Positions 51,682-64,000 of a stretch of DNA of 64,000 bases are shown here, piece after piece (positions within the stretch are counted from its first letter, which is position 1; each line of letters starts with the position of its first letter). The DNA is taken from NCBI GenBank assembly GCA_973895155.1, contig OZ316894.1, positions 4,116,944 through 4,180,943 of the forward strand. Direction: 5' to 3'. Source of the DNA: Marsupella aquatica (lineage: Eukaryota; Plantae; Marchantiophyta). Under the pieces are notes generated by a model, which was not told where the DNA came from, searched no databases, and worked only from the letters and a program-made list of their open reading frames with translations. A program made the position numbers and the translations under genes.

Positions 51682-53337
51682 ATGTCTGACTCAGTTGGTC
51701 AACTCATAGCAACGGGCACACAGAACTATGCAGCTCTTATTGGCCTCTTCAGCACAGACTCAGTCGAAGTAAGTGCATCGGCTACACATCGTGGATCTGG
51801 CACAGTCATCGTTTCTTCGCTTTCCTTGCTTGGCATCTTAGGGCTCGTCAAAGGTACCTTAAAGATTAGCCTTGGACTTGAGCGCTGCACAACTGCCGGC
51901 TTTAGTCTCGACTCATTGCGAGGTATATTTCGTTACGCCCCAGGAGAATCCGCATTATCGGGAAAGATTGTGGATTGTGATGCCATCACCGTCACGATCA
52001 CTGAGGAGAAAGATATCATCGTTCACAAAACTAAACGATACTTCGACGATGTGAGAACTCCAATGGTGTCTTTAGGAGATGGCTGGGCTTTGAGGCATCA
52101 AACAGCTGTCAATCTCGGCAATAAGAAAGCGGAGGCATCCCAAATTCCGTTGATTCCTTTTTTGTCCACCATGATGTGCTCCGGACTTACAGCTTGGTTG
52201 CTGCTAGTCATGAAATCTCCATGGACCTGGGTAAAGATCGTTGCGACTGTCGGTTTGCATCTTTGTCTCATGGCCATGGTCCTGCTACCGGTTTGGTTTG
52301 ACAGGCAAACGGCTCGGCCGTTGTGGCATTTGACCAGGCACGGATGGGAAGTCCTCAACGGATCCATGGTGAAAAACAGTCGGCTTCACGTACTTCAAGC
52401 AAGAGTCAGTGAAGGAGATGTAATACATTTTCAAGGTGACACATCGCTTCTTACATCCCGAGCCCTCAGGGTGTCGGTGTTTCTTGTGACGATGATCACT
52501 TCGGTGGCCTACATCTGTCAGTACACCATTGTCAAATTGGCAACAAACAAGGAGGCAATAATCTGGGTTAGCTGTCAAGCTGTGGCAGCGTTGAGCCGGA
52601 CTATTTTCTGGATCGTCGGTCCATCTGTGAGCGGTACAAGTAAGGGACATAGTCAAGCCGAATACGTCATCATCAACAACACTGCCCCCACTGCCTCTGG
52701 AATGATCACATTTGCTGAGTTTATTTGCTCTTGCGAGATCGGAGAGACCAGAGTGCCTCGGAAATTCTGGGAACTTCTTCAAGGAAAAACTCTCGTTGAA
52801 CTCCTTCAGACGTCTGCCAGCATGGATGCAGAGGAAGTCAAACCCACAACTGCGCCTTGTCATGTCTTTTTGACAGTGGACTTCAAACGCATCCTGGAAA
52901 ACCGCCTTCGCCGGGATGAGCATAGTAATCGGCACGACTGGCGTCTGGGATTCTGGGAAAAGGAAGAGGCAGGGGCTATGGTCCCGTTCGTCCTTGTGAA
53001 GGTACCATATTCGAAGAGTGTCGGGGGGGATTGGGTCGAGGGAAGCAGTTGCTGGATGCAAACTACCAACAGCAGAGTACGGCAGGGGGCTAGAGAGGTC
53101 ATGGACCCTTGCACAATTTTCGCTATCTCAGAGGATGGTGCCCGACTTCACCTATGGCCACATAAAAATGTCGTGAACAGAGACTGCAGTCCCAATTGTA
53201 CGTGGGACTCGAGAATAAAAATAGACCGCGAGAGCATAGACAGTTGGACATTCCTTGAGAATAGGTCGGGTCTACACATGGATGCGGAAGCTCTTAGAGG
53301 AACGAAGAATATGTTATCGGGTAACGAATACTTATAG
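51682..53337 (+). CDS. Intronless 551-aa multi-pass membrane protein of unknown function
   Basis: Uninterrupted 1656-bp ORF with about 5-6 hydrophobic segments in the N-terminal 315 aa (IVSSLSLLGILGLV; LIPFLSTMMCSGLTAWLLLV; IVATVGLHLCLMAMVLLPVW; VSVFLVTMITSVAYICQY; AIIWVSCQAVAALSRTIFWI) and a soluble C-terminal half. Confidence 0.75.
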   Translation: MSDSVGQLIATGTQNYAALIGLFSTDSVEVSASATHRGSGTVIVSSLSLLGILGLVKGTLKISLGLERCTTAGFSLDSLRGIFRYAPGESALSGKIVDCDAITVTITEEKDIIVHKTKRYFDDVRTPMVSLGDGWALRHQTAVNLGNKKAEASQIPLIPFLSTMMCSGLTAWLLLVMKSPWTWVKIVATVGLHLCLMAMVLLPVWFDRQTARPLWHLTRHGWEVLNGSMVKNSRLHVLQARVSEGDVIHFQGDTSLLTSRALRVSVFLVTMITSVAYICQYTIVKLATNKEAIIWVSCQAVAALSRTIFWIVGPSVSGTSKGHSQAEYVIINNTAPTASGMITFAEFICSCEIGETRVPRKFWELLQGKTLVELLQTSASMDAEEVKPTTAPCHVFLTVDFKRILENRLRRDEHSNRHDWRLGFWEKEEAGAMVPFVLVKVPYSKSVGGDWVEGSSCWMQTTNSRVRQGAREVMDPCTIFAISEDGARLHLWPHKNVVNRDCSPNCTWDSRIKIDRESIDSWTFLENRSGLHMDAEALRGTKNMLSGNEYL

Positions 53338-53508
53338 TGCTCATATATCGGTTAGGTCAGCAATTTCGGGCGCTGATGCTCAATTCATACACCTTCGTTT
53401 TGGGACCATATCCAGAGGGCTAAAGGGCGTTGGTGATTATATAGCTAGTAGGCGCCAATCCCTAAATTCGGCCATGGCACGTGGAGATTGAAGTGTGGTT
53501 TGCAACGT

Positions 53509-53800
53509 CTGAAACCAAGGCCTTCGATCTCTCTCGTAGAAGTATAAACCTTCCTGATCTGTGTCCTGAAATGAAGGCCTTCGATCTCTGTCGTAGGAAA
53601 TATAACCCAATCTTCATTTGTGTCATGTCATGAAACCAAGTCCTTCGATCTCTCTCCTAGAAAATATAAGCCTACCGTAATGTGTATCCTGAAACCAAGG
53701 CCTTCGAGCTCTCTCGTAGAAATTATAAACCGACCTTAATTTGTGTCCTGAAACCAAGGCCTTTGATCTCTCTTGTAGAAAATATACCCTACCTTAAACA
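53509..53800. repeat. Minisatellite, ~59-bp units, 5 copies
   Basis: CTGAAACCAAGGCCTTCGATCTCTCTCGTAGAA..TATAA.CC..CCT..AT.TGTGTC five times. Confidence 0.9.
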
Positions 53801-54237
53801 AATTGTGTAATAAAATGATTAGTCCAGAGTGACGCAGTTTGAGTAATAGGATGGCTTTAGAAGAGAGATATCATGTTGGAACTGTCAGTCCCTCAGATTA
53901 ATTCTACTTTGGGAGTGTCAAGAACTCCCTAATTATTTTACTGAGTGCAATCAATGAAACCATGCCTGCTGCTCTGGGGTTCACCTAATGAAATTGTTCT
54001 ATACCTTGTGCGAATGCCCCTATTTAACTACTCTCTCTAAAAGGAATAGGAAGCTCAAAAAACCCACTAATCATTTATTGAAATGTGACAAACAATGAAT
54101 CATGTGATGACAATTAGTGACACTTTTTGAATTGTTACCCCCTTACTTCCTCGCAACTTCTAAGTACTTCCTTAAAATGAATAAATCGCCCCAGGCTTAC
54201 TTCACTTGCACATGATGTCAACATTGCACATCCACAA

Positions 54238-54341
54238 ATGCAATCCATGAATGTGCCAAGATTTGTGAGCATGTGCAATCCATGAATGTGCCATTTGTGA
54301 GCATGTGCAATCCATGAATGTGCCATTTGCCATGAATGTGC
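54238..54341. repeat. ~30-bp tandem repeat, 3-4 copies
   Basis: TGCAATCCATGAATGTGCCATTTGTGAGCATG recurs. Confidence 0.85.
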
Positions 54342-55413
54342 CTGCTGTAGAGCAAGATGATTGTAGCAAGTCTCAGATAGAGGGATCTTCTTTAGAAACC
54401 AGGTTATTGGTTTTAGGGCCTGGTCAGATTCCTCTAGATGACTCTCTTTCGCAGTTCACTCTACTAGAGCCTTTCAGCTTGCAGATATGTAGGATTTTGG
54501 GTGTCAGTAATGTTCTTGGTGGTTGTTGTTAAACTACTACTGGCCATATAAAAGGACAAATGTCCAAGAGTTTCCGCTTTTTCACATTCCTCTCCTATCA
54601 AATGAGACTTTCTGCAGAATTTCAGGAAAATTGTACTAAAGATGGTGAAACCTGGTGGATCCAGGTTTTGCCATGGACAGTACTGGCGCTTTAAGGCTAT
54701 CTTTGGCCTGGGTCCCTGGGACTTTTTTGCTCATTGGTCTAAATTTTGGGGATCCTTTGTTGTTTGTCTATTGGGTCTCTTGCCTCTAAAATAGCGTCTC
54801 CAAGTTGGGCGCGTTATGCTTGTTGGTAATATATACAACAGACACCAATCTATCTGGTCAGAACATCTTTCATGTTACAGGCTACATTTGCACTGTTACC
54901 TTAAAAGACTGATTGCATGTGGATGGCAAGTTACAAAAGATTCATTCCTGCTTGCCTCAAGATTTACTTTCACACCTTCACTTAGCACTTGATTTTCTCT
55001 CCTTATTTAGTTTGTTTAGTTTTTTTTGAGAAAGAAGAGGAGCTAAGGGCCATCTTGCATGTGAGAGTCCCCAAATTATCGACCCTTTAAGTGATCAGGT
55101 GGCACATTCCTACTCTTCGAGCCTTTCCTGCCTCACCCTCCTCTTGTGCCAGTCGTCACGGCAGCAATTCAGTTTTTTCAAGGACAAGGGCCGGAAATGT
55201 TCCGGCCCTTCACCGTCCTGACCTTTCAGATTCACAAAGGACAAAAATACAGTGCTTACACCTGTCATTCAAGTGTGCATCGATTATTTTGCCGTGCGGC
55301 TTCTCCGCTACTGGTAGTCATAACCGGGGTCGTAACTCACCTGCTACTCCTCTACGCACCCTGCAAACTGGCCTGCCCTGCATATGACTTCCGTGAGTGC
55401 TCAAGAGGGCCCC

Positions 55414-55523
55414 GACACTCATCAGGTGCACCGCTTGTCAATCACATTGCGGCTGTTCTGTCAAAAGTGACACTCATCAGGTGCACCGCTTGTCAATCAC
55501 ATTGCGGCTGTTCTGTCAAAAGT
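55414..55523. repeat. Perfect 55-bp tandem duplication
   Basis: GACACTCATCAGGTGCACCGCTTGTCAATCACATTGCGGCTGTTCTGTCAAAAGT twice. Confidence 0.9.
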
Positions 55524-57713
55524 ATTTCAGCTTTGATTTCAGCTTCACGAAGAATTGTGTATACTCGCTAAGTAAACATTCTACGTCACTCGACTGTGTA
55601 TTCGTTTCACGTACATTGACAGCTTTGTCATCTGCAAATTGGGAATCGGGCAATTGGCAATCAGACCACGTTGGAGCATCTCACCTTGCTGCACCGATTA
55701 TACTCAGGTTCGTTCATACCCTCATGTTTGGCCCCTGATTAAACAGTCAGCTGATCAGTCTATTGATTTCTATCTCGTCCTGTAGTTCAGTACTCATGAT
55801 AGGGGAAAATGACGATTGACCGGCAATAACGTTCCCTTGACTCGAAGGTTGCCTAGCTCTCTCACCGGACAGGAGAATGATTGATTGTGTTACAGTGAGG
55901 AGTCCACCTCCTTCAATAGTTCACTTCCATGATTTCTACGCTGTCGAACCTTGCATACGTTCATATGCTTATCACTGACGCATCAATTTTGTTTGAGGGG
56001 TTGAATAAATAATGAAGATCATGGCGCAGTTTTGTCATCACCCATGAAAGCGTCTCCATAGTTTCTGCTTAGCTCAGGGGAAATTCTCCTTCTACCTCGT
56101 CATAGATCCACCAGAAATCAATCTATAGCATCGCTGAGCTTTGTTGTAGGCTAAGCTGCATGATCTAATTTGAATTTCGTCTTGTATGTTAGATTCTCTG
56201 TAACCATCGACTCCTGTTCTAGTAAACGCAGCTAAGGATAGCCTGCTTTTGTACAGTGTTGAACATTTTTTCTCGTGTTTGAAGCCATTGAAGACTCCAG
56301 TCTCCATAGGTAGTGGACCTGCTATTTAGAGACGGTTTAATTTTATTCAATGAAGTTTTATAATTCCACTATCTCCTCTATTGTTGTCGACTACTGAAGC
56401 CTACTATAGATGTTAGCACATGATTGTAAAGTGATATATGAACAAGACATCACGTATCCCAGTAGAATAAATAAAGAGATATTGACTTGATCTCTTTATA
56501 TTGTAATCGATTGCATGTGATACAGTGGGTCCACCTCCTTCAATATTTGTTGCATGTGGGCTTTCTAGCTTTGCCTTGAAACCGAAAGCTTTCTAAACTG
56601 CTCACAATCTTGTAGCAGCTACATAAGATCCAAAAAAGTACACAAAAATAGTCTCCCATGAGTACATAGAGACTAACTTTTGAGTGGATCGGTACACAAG
56701 GATCTATTCCCTTTTCAGGTATCGTCACTCTGCAACTTTATTCCCTTTTCAGGTCTCATCATTCTCCAACTTCATCACAGATTCTGGTTTTGTGCTCATG
56801 GTAAAAGCATGGTCCACCTCCGTCAACTAACTCGTTGCTAGCTTGCTTCATGGACAGGTGCTTCATTGAAAGGTGACATTTTTCATCAACAGTGAGCCCC
56901 CGAAACGTACAGTGGTTGCAAAGCATACAAGGTATGAGAGGCATATCGTTGTTGAATGTGAAGAATTTACTTTAAATGGAGTCGGATAGAATTGTTTGTT
57001 ACATTTCTTGAGTCACGGTTTGCAACAGTTCATTTCTGGCTTCACCCGAACAACAACTTGACAAAGAAAATTGTCATACTTAAAGTGCAGGTTTGAAACA
57101 AGCTTCTTCTTCTTTGCAGCGAGAACTAAGGTATACTTTCGTACCCATTATTACCTAAATGTACATTTCTTGTACGTACATACTTACTACCATCATATAC
57201 ACTACTTAATATTCAATACAACTCAGAACTTTAGGGTCTACAAAGCTGTAACCTTTCTTTGCGTATTTACAAAGCCTAATCCTTCTTTTCCCTCAACTTA
57301 TTCCATTCATAGCATTTATTGCTTACACTTCGCTTGGTCTACATGAAAGGAGTGAGTTTATTTTTCAACTCTTGGAACATGCCGGAAAGTGTACCATATA
57401 TCCCTACCTTGTTAAATTTTTATATTTTTGTCTAGTGCCTATAAAGTAGACCTCCAAAGGGTGATTATTATTATTACAGTTCCTTTCAGGGGCAGGGACT
57501 ATTCTGTTAAGGATTGCTCTTAGTCTTGTGATTCATAGGTTACGGCACTTAGGCTAACCACAGTTAGGATCTTAACTGAGGTTAGATTAGTCGTGTGTGA
57601 CCTTGTATATACCAGGGCTAGTGTAAGCCGCTGGTGTGTGGTGCTTACTGAGGTCTCTGACATGTAATCTGAGGTCTTCCAATGCCTTGTTGTCACTGTG
57701 AACCTGCTGGAGA

Positions 57714-60700
57714 GAAGGATCTTGTGAAAAATTTATCAACTCTATTTGAGAGTGAATTACTTTTGCCATAATGCAAGGGTACAAATGAAAATCAGATGCA
57801 ATATATGGAGGTCAATCATGGAGGAGTTGTGATGGATCTATCACCAGTTTTGGATAGAGTGGGGCATGCAAGAGCAGAGCGAAGACGTTCACCAAGTGTG
57901 TCAGTGCAAGTTGAAGATGTACGACTCAGATTAGCATTTGATGATGTCCAAATCACAAAAAATGTTGGGCGAGAAGGATTTATTGCAATAAATGAGAGTG
58001 CTAATCATGACAATGTGAGGCACATTGACATGCCCCATGAAAGGGACTCTTCACATATGGCACGTGATCATTGCACTCTCCAAGTGAAGTACAGGAGGTT
58101 GGAGGAGAAGAAGAAGTCCCTACTACAAACAAATGTGCTTATTGTAGACAAGTGAAAGCATTGCACGTTTTTGATAATGGTCGGGTAGCTTGTAAACAAT
58201 GTTTGGCCAAGAAGAGAGTCCAATACAAAAAGAAGAAGCAGCATATTAGAGGGAAGGATCTTGTGCAATATTTTCCAAATCTATTTGAGAGTGAATTTAT
58301 TTTGCCACAATGCATGGGTACAAATGAAAAGGTATTAGAGGACCTATTACATGAGCAAACATTGTTCAACAAAAACCATGCATTCTTGTTTTCGGAGAAT
58401 AATCAGATGCAACATATGGAGGTCAATCATGGGGGAGTTGGGATGGATCTATCACCAGTTTTGGAAGGAATAGGGGATGCAAGAGCAGAACCAAGTGTAT
58501 CAGTGCAAGTTGATGATGTACAACTCAGATTAGCATTTGATGATCTATTCAAATCACAAATGATGTCAGGCGAGAAGGGCTTATTGCAATAAATGAGAGT
58601 GCTCAACATGGAAATGACAGGCATATATATTCACATGCTCCATCAAAGGGACTCTAGACTTATTGCAAGTGCAATACAGGTGGTTGGAGGAGAAGAAGAA
58701 GTACATGAAAATGTGAGGCACATTGACATGCCCCATGAAAGGGACTTTCCACATATGGCACGTGATCATTTCTCTCCAAGTGCAATACAAGAGGTTGGAG
58801 GAGAAGAAGAAGTCCCTACTACAAAGAAATGTGCTTCTTGTAGACAAGTGAAAGCATTGCACACTTTTGATGATGGTCGGGTAGCTTGTAAACAATGTTT
58901 GGCCAAGAGGAGAGAACAATACAAACAGAAAAAGCAACACATCGAAGAGGAGGATGTGCAAAACTGGGGACCTCTATTTGAGAATGAGTTATTCTTGCCA
59001 AGGTGCGTGCCTGGGAATGAAGAGGTGTTAGAGGGGTCATTAGATGAGCCAACGTTGTGCAAAAAGGACCGTGCATTGTTGCTCCGCTTTCGCAAGGCAA
59101 TACAACAAATTGAAATAGAATATTGCCCAATTTGTGATGAACAATGGTTTGAGATTGATGTGAAGGAGAAAGAGGGCATCTATGGGTGCATGCGTTGTCG
59201 AAAAGACACCAATGAAGTGAAGAAATATAGTGCTGAGAATGAAATGCGACCATGTGGTTTGCCCATAGGTGTGGAGCTACCAAAATTAACCCAATTAGAG
59301 GAACAATGCATATCCCCAGTGCATGTTGTGATGCAATTACGGAAAGTAAAAGGGTTACAATATGCTTATAGTTCGCATATTTTTAACTTATTCCAAGATT
59401 GGTCCAAGTTTTTTAGTGTTTTGCCATTACTTCCAAGTGATCTTGATGTCATTCTTCTTAAACCTAAAGGCCAAGTTGGAGAAGAAAATTCAGTCCAGGT
59501 TGCACGACCCTCAAATCATGAGTTTAGGGTGCATTGGGGTGCTATCATGACTTGGTTGACATATCTTTCGGAGCATCATCCTTCCTTTAGACAAAATGCT
59601 GATGGGTGGATCACAATCTCCCAAGAAGCTTTAAATCTTCTATCAGAGGATGCATGTGTGGCTGATAGGTTACGCAGCATTGAAGAGACTGAAGTGATCA
59701 TTGATGGTATGGATGACAATGACAATGAAATATTAAATGATTGTGCATTGCAGCCAGCTTTGCTTGTAAGAGATTGCATGGTTCCCAATCTTGGTTCAAG
59801 AATCACGGAGGAAGATCATACACGGAGAAGATTTCAACAAGATCAACAAAATGGGCCCTTATCTATGCCTACATTGAGATCACAATGATTGAATGATCGA
59901 GTTTGGGGATTCTCCATATATCACTTATGCTTTTCCTACATTATTTCCAAATGGGAAGTGTGATCTAAAATCTCAACGGGCACATAATGTGAATGCACAT
60001 GAGTATTTTAAACATCTCATACGATTATGAGATCCCCGTTTTTCTCAACATCCTTGATTTTGATGGTTTGCTGCCAACTCCATATTTAGATGGCAAGCAA
60101 AAACTGATGGAGCATTCTATGCTAAGCGTCGTCATCAAAATGAAGTACAAATCATAGTGGAAGATTTGATGAGACAATTTGAAAGCAATGAAGGAGCTAT
60201 GGCACGAAAAATAGTATATCATGGAAAAAATATTTGAGGAACAAGACCGTATCGAGGACCGTATCAATGGTCAAATGTGCGATCTGATCTACTTGCAATG
60301 GTACAAGACCCGGAGGTGGGATGTCCACATATCTTTTTTACAGTTAGTGCAGCAGATTATCAATGGCCTGATCTACAACGTTTTATGCCCATACAATATG
60401 CAGAAGATGAGATAGAGTCACGCAAAGCTCAAATTCGCATACAAAATTTGGTGGAGAACCCTCACATAGTATCTTGGTATTTGAATAAAAGATTCAAGCT
60501 CTTTTTTGACTTGGTGATGAAGAAGAAATGGTTAACAATCAATTATTGGTATCGATTTGAATGGCAAGGAAGAGGGAGTGGACACATTCATGGATGGCTT
60601 TCAAGGGATCAAGCCATTCCAGATCCAAATACTCTTGATTTTTCAAAAGAAGAGGATGCAAAACAATTCATGCAGTATTGGAAAGATGACTTCTCTGCAA

Positions 60701-63494
60701 TGAATCCTGGCCCTAACTTGGAAGCAGCTATCATCCATCCTTGTGCTCGAGAGCTTGATATACTAAGAGATACCAAGCGAGAACTAGCTGAAATGCTTAA
60801 TAGAGTGCAACAACACAGAAGATGTTCTCCTAGGTATTGTCTACAGCGAACAAAAAAGTCATGTGAGCTTCATTGTAGATTCGAATTTCCAAAAGAATTG
60901 AGAAATGAAGCAACAATGGTTAAAACTGAGAGGAACAATTGGAAATTTGAGCCTGTACGCAATCAGCCTCTCTTAAATTCTTTCAATACATTGATGATAT
61001 TGGGATGGCGAGCAAACATTGATTTTAAACCAGTGACAACTTTGCGGTCGGTCTTGATGTACATTTCAAAATATGTTTCAAAACCTGAATATAAAACAGA
61101 TTCATATGTTGATATTGTGCGTTAGTAGTGTATTCTCTAGCATGGCCCCTGAAGCACGAGGTAGAGATGGTGTGACACGAGTATTGAATCAAATGATAGG
61201 AGAAAGAGATTATTCGGCACAAGAAGTTTGTCATCACTTGCTTTCGATCAACTTGTTCAACTCAAGTCGTGATGTGCAAACAATTGATATGAGATCTATT
61301 GATGAACAGCGTGTTGAAGTAAATATTGAAGGCCAAAATCAAGCAGGATTTGGTACAACCCCATTGGAATATTACATGGAGAGGGCTTCCGTATTAGATG
61401 ATGAGTCTTTTGCTAAAATTTGTCGTGATTTCACGAGAGTAACTCAACGGGATAGAGAGAAAAAATGGCCTTACACTATCTGTACTAGATGGAGGCAAAA
61501 GCAAAGTGCTAAAAATCTATCCACGACATTCATGGGATCCACAATCTCCGTTGTATGCGGACTGGTGTCGTGCAAAAATGTTGTTGCATCATCCATTTCA
61601 AAGGATGGAAGACCTTTTAAGACATTCACATAGAGATGCTCGCATGACTTGGATTGAAGCATTTGAAGAATGCAAGGCTCATCACAACCATCAAGTATTA
61701 GACTCCTTGGATGAATGTGCACATGCTGAAATGGAGACTACGGAAGAAGAGTCTGAAAGCGAAGACGTGTCGGATGATGAAAGTGAAAATATTCTATCCG
61801 AAGGAATGCTGCATGCTCAAGTGGGGATTCAAAATATAAATGGTATGGTTGGCTCCAACGATGAAAATAACAATCTAGGAAAACGAGCTATTGAATGATA
61901 TCAACTATGATTGGGGAGCCAATTCTTATGAATATCCTAATTTAGAAGATGCTTTCACTTTTATCCAAGATCAATGCAAATTGGCTGGAGACTCTATTGT
62001 TGATGACATTGATCCCAACTTTGATGTGTCTCTATTGACAGATAAGCAAAAAAAAATTATGATTGCATCATAAGTCATTTTGTTACAAAATGCACTGTAC
62101 CATTACAACTCAATATTGATGGTGGTGGTGGAACCGGAAAGTCTTTTTTGATTGGAGCTATTTCGCACAGTATAGCTCAATATAAAGATCCAAGCTTGCC
62201 ATCAGCATTGATCAGGATTGCACCCACTGGAGTTGTAGCTCATGCCATAAAAGGACAAACATATCATTCAACCTTATCGATAAGACCAATGCAAAAATTT
62301 GAGGCTCTAAAAGGAGCTACACTCTTATGATTGCAAAAACTCTGGAAGTACATACAATATTTGATTATTGATGAAAAATCCATGATAGGATTAAAATCAC
62401 TTGCAAAAATAGACTCGCGCTTGCAACAAGCATTTCAATCCCAGCTCCTCAGATAAAGTTTTTGGTGGGATTTCCATTCTGTTATTTGGAGATTTTGGGG
62501 AACTTCCTCCGGTGGGTGATACTCCTCTATTTGGGAACCTATCCAATTTAGGTGGAGATGCACTTGATCAAGCCTTGCAAGGAAAATTAGCATATTTTTC
62601 ATTTGAGGTTTCCACCATGCATTTTGTCAACAGTGATACGCCAAGGAGGCAATGATCAAGAGCAGATAAAGTTTAGAGACTTATTACTAAGATTACGCGA
62701 TTGATGTTGCACTCTTGAAGATTGGGAGTTGATGGCAACACGATTTAAAGTGGATTGTAATGGACGCTTAAAATTAGCGCAACAAGAATTGGAGGAGATG
62801 AAGGATGCTATTCAAATCTATCCACGACGAAAAGATGTTGTAATCTACAATGAATCAGTTCTCAAAGATAGTGGCTTTCCTATTAGGGTTTTGGTTGCCG
62901 ATCACCCAACAGGAGGTAGCAATGCCTTGAAAGGTAGTGTAGATGATGTTGGAGGTCTTGTGACCAAAATACTCTTGTCTAAAGGATCTAACGTCATGAC
63001 ATTGACCCAAAATCTTTGAGTGCAAGAGGGCCTTGTGAATGGAAATACAGGGGTTGTGCATGATCTTGTATGGTTGGATCCTTTAAATGCCGCCACTAAT
63101 TTGCCGGATATCATTTTTGTAGCTATGAAAAATTATAAAGGCCCTACATGTTGGCATGCTACAAACGAAATACCATTGGTTCCCATACCTCCATCTGTGG
63201 CCACATGGGAGAAAGAAACATCACATGGACGAACATCATTATCAAGAAAACAATTTCCTTTGGTTCTTGCAGATAACAGTTCATAAGGCACAAGGTGCAA
63301 CTGTTGAAAAAGCAATGTTTGACTTGAGCGGTTCAGAGTTTGCAGTTGGCCTCAATTATGTTGTAGTATCACGCATAAAAAAATTATGCAACATAGTGTT
63401 GGAAAAATATTTTGCCTTCGAGCGTGTTCATCCTTTAGATGTTGGTTTGTTGATACGTCAACAAAAAATTGACGATGAGAGGAGAAAAAACTAA
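57714..63494 (+). mobile_element. Decayed autonomous Helitron-like element (Helentron/Helitron2-type Rep plus Pif1-like helicase)
   Basis: Rep motifs HIFFTVSAADYQWPDL, YWYRFEWQGRGSGHIHG (HUH) and YISKYVSKPE. Helicase motifs DGGGGTGKSFLI (~62118), APTGVVA, LIIDEKSMIG, FGGISILLFGDFGELPPVGD, RKQFPLVLA/ITVHKAQG and YVVVSRIK. N-terminal CxxC Zn fingers. Many stops and frameshifts; termini not located. Confidence 0.92.
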
Positions 63495-64000
63495 ATTCAT
63501 TACAATTTCTTGAGATTAGATAGGGTTAGTTACTTAGGTTAGTCTTTTACATACATTTAGGCTTTCATACTTTTTTTCCTCCATTGAATAAAAAATCATA
63601 TGTATTTTATTTCAAACTTGTACATTTGGAGGTATCATATAACAATAAATTCTCTTTTATACTTTTGATAGTTGAATGCAATATTGTGTAGTAGTATATA
63701 TCAAACAAGATGTCGAAGCACACAAATTTTCTCTTTATAATATTTTAAAATACCGTACAACAAAATGGAGTATTTTGAAAAGTCATTGCAAATGCTATTC
63801 TATTTCAACCAATTGATGAGGCTTTTTGGTATCACATAAAATAAACTAGCACTAAACTATATCTCACTAATCTCGAAGATAATCTTGTGATGTGACCTTC
63901 ACTTGGTCATGGCCATTCAAATATTTTGCCATCATATCTGTATGCCATCGCATTGATCCTCGCTTGCTAGGATTTGAGTCAGTCATTTGAGAAACTAATT

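Noticed and set aside
52285-53061. 258-aa antisense ORF
   Set aside because: Shadow of the 551-aa sense ORF; no recognisable motifs.
53509-53800. CRISPR-like look: a conserved ~33-bp part plus a more variable ~26-bp part, next to an orphan ORF
   Set aside because: The variable parts are homologous to each other (TATAA.CC..CCT..AT.TGTGTC), there are no cas genes, and the context is eukaryotic. It is a minisatellite.
57400-57665. Possible solo LTR upstream of the Helitron ORF
   Set aside because: The TG/CA candidates lack a matching 4-6-bp TSD.

Overview
Eukaryotic nuclear DNA from a land plant. GT-AG introns, long leaders and gene style suggest a bryophyte (inference). Host genes in order: a multi-exon Fpg/Nei DNA glycosylase (+, 5' end outside the window), an intronless Sec14/CRAL-TRIO gene (-), and two plant-type [2Fe-2S] ferredoxin paralogues in inverted orientation (11.8 kb + and 30.1 kb -) flanking a 4-exon chloroplast bestrophin/VCCN-like channel gene (-). 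Further on are a secreted/membrane NHL-repeat gene (-) with an intronic tRNA-Ala(UGC), a PAA1/HMA6-derived locus, and an intronless 551-aa membrane ORF with no plant family I can recognise. In the PAA1/HMA6-derived locus the transit peptide and HMA exons are intact but the ATPase part is deleted or decayed, which resembles the PCH1 copper chaperone. Mobile DNA: a decayed RLE-type (CRE-like) non-LTR retrotransposon inserted into a TTTAGGG tract with an apparent 12-bp TSD, a decayed Helentron/Helitron2-type Rep-helicase, two MITEs with TSDs, two candidate non-autonomous Helitrons, and many minisatellites. The strongest leads are the telomere-repeat-targeted retroelement, the PAA1-to-chaperone conversion, and the block formed by the orphan ORF and the Helitron2. 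All calls come from reading the sequence by eye; no searches were run.
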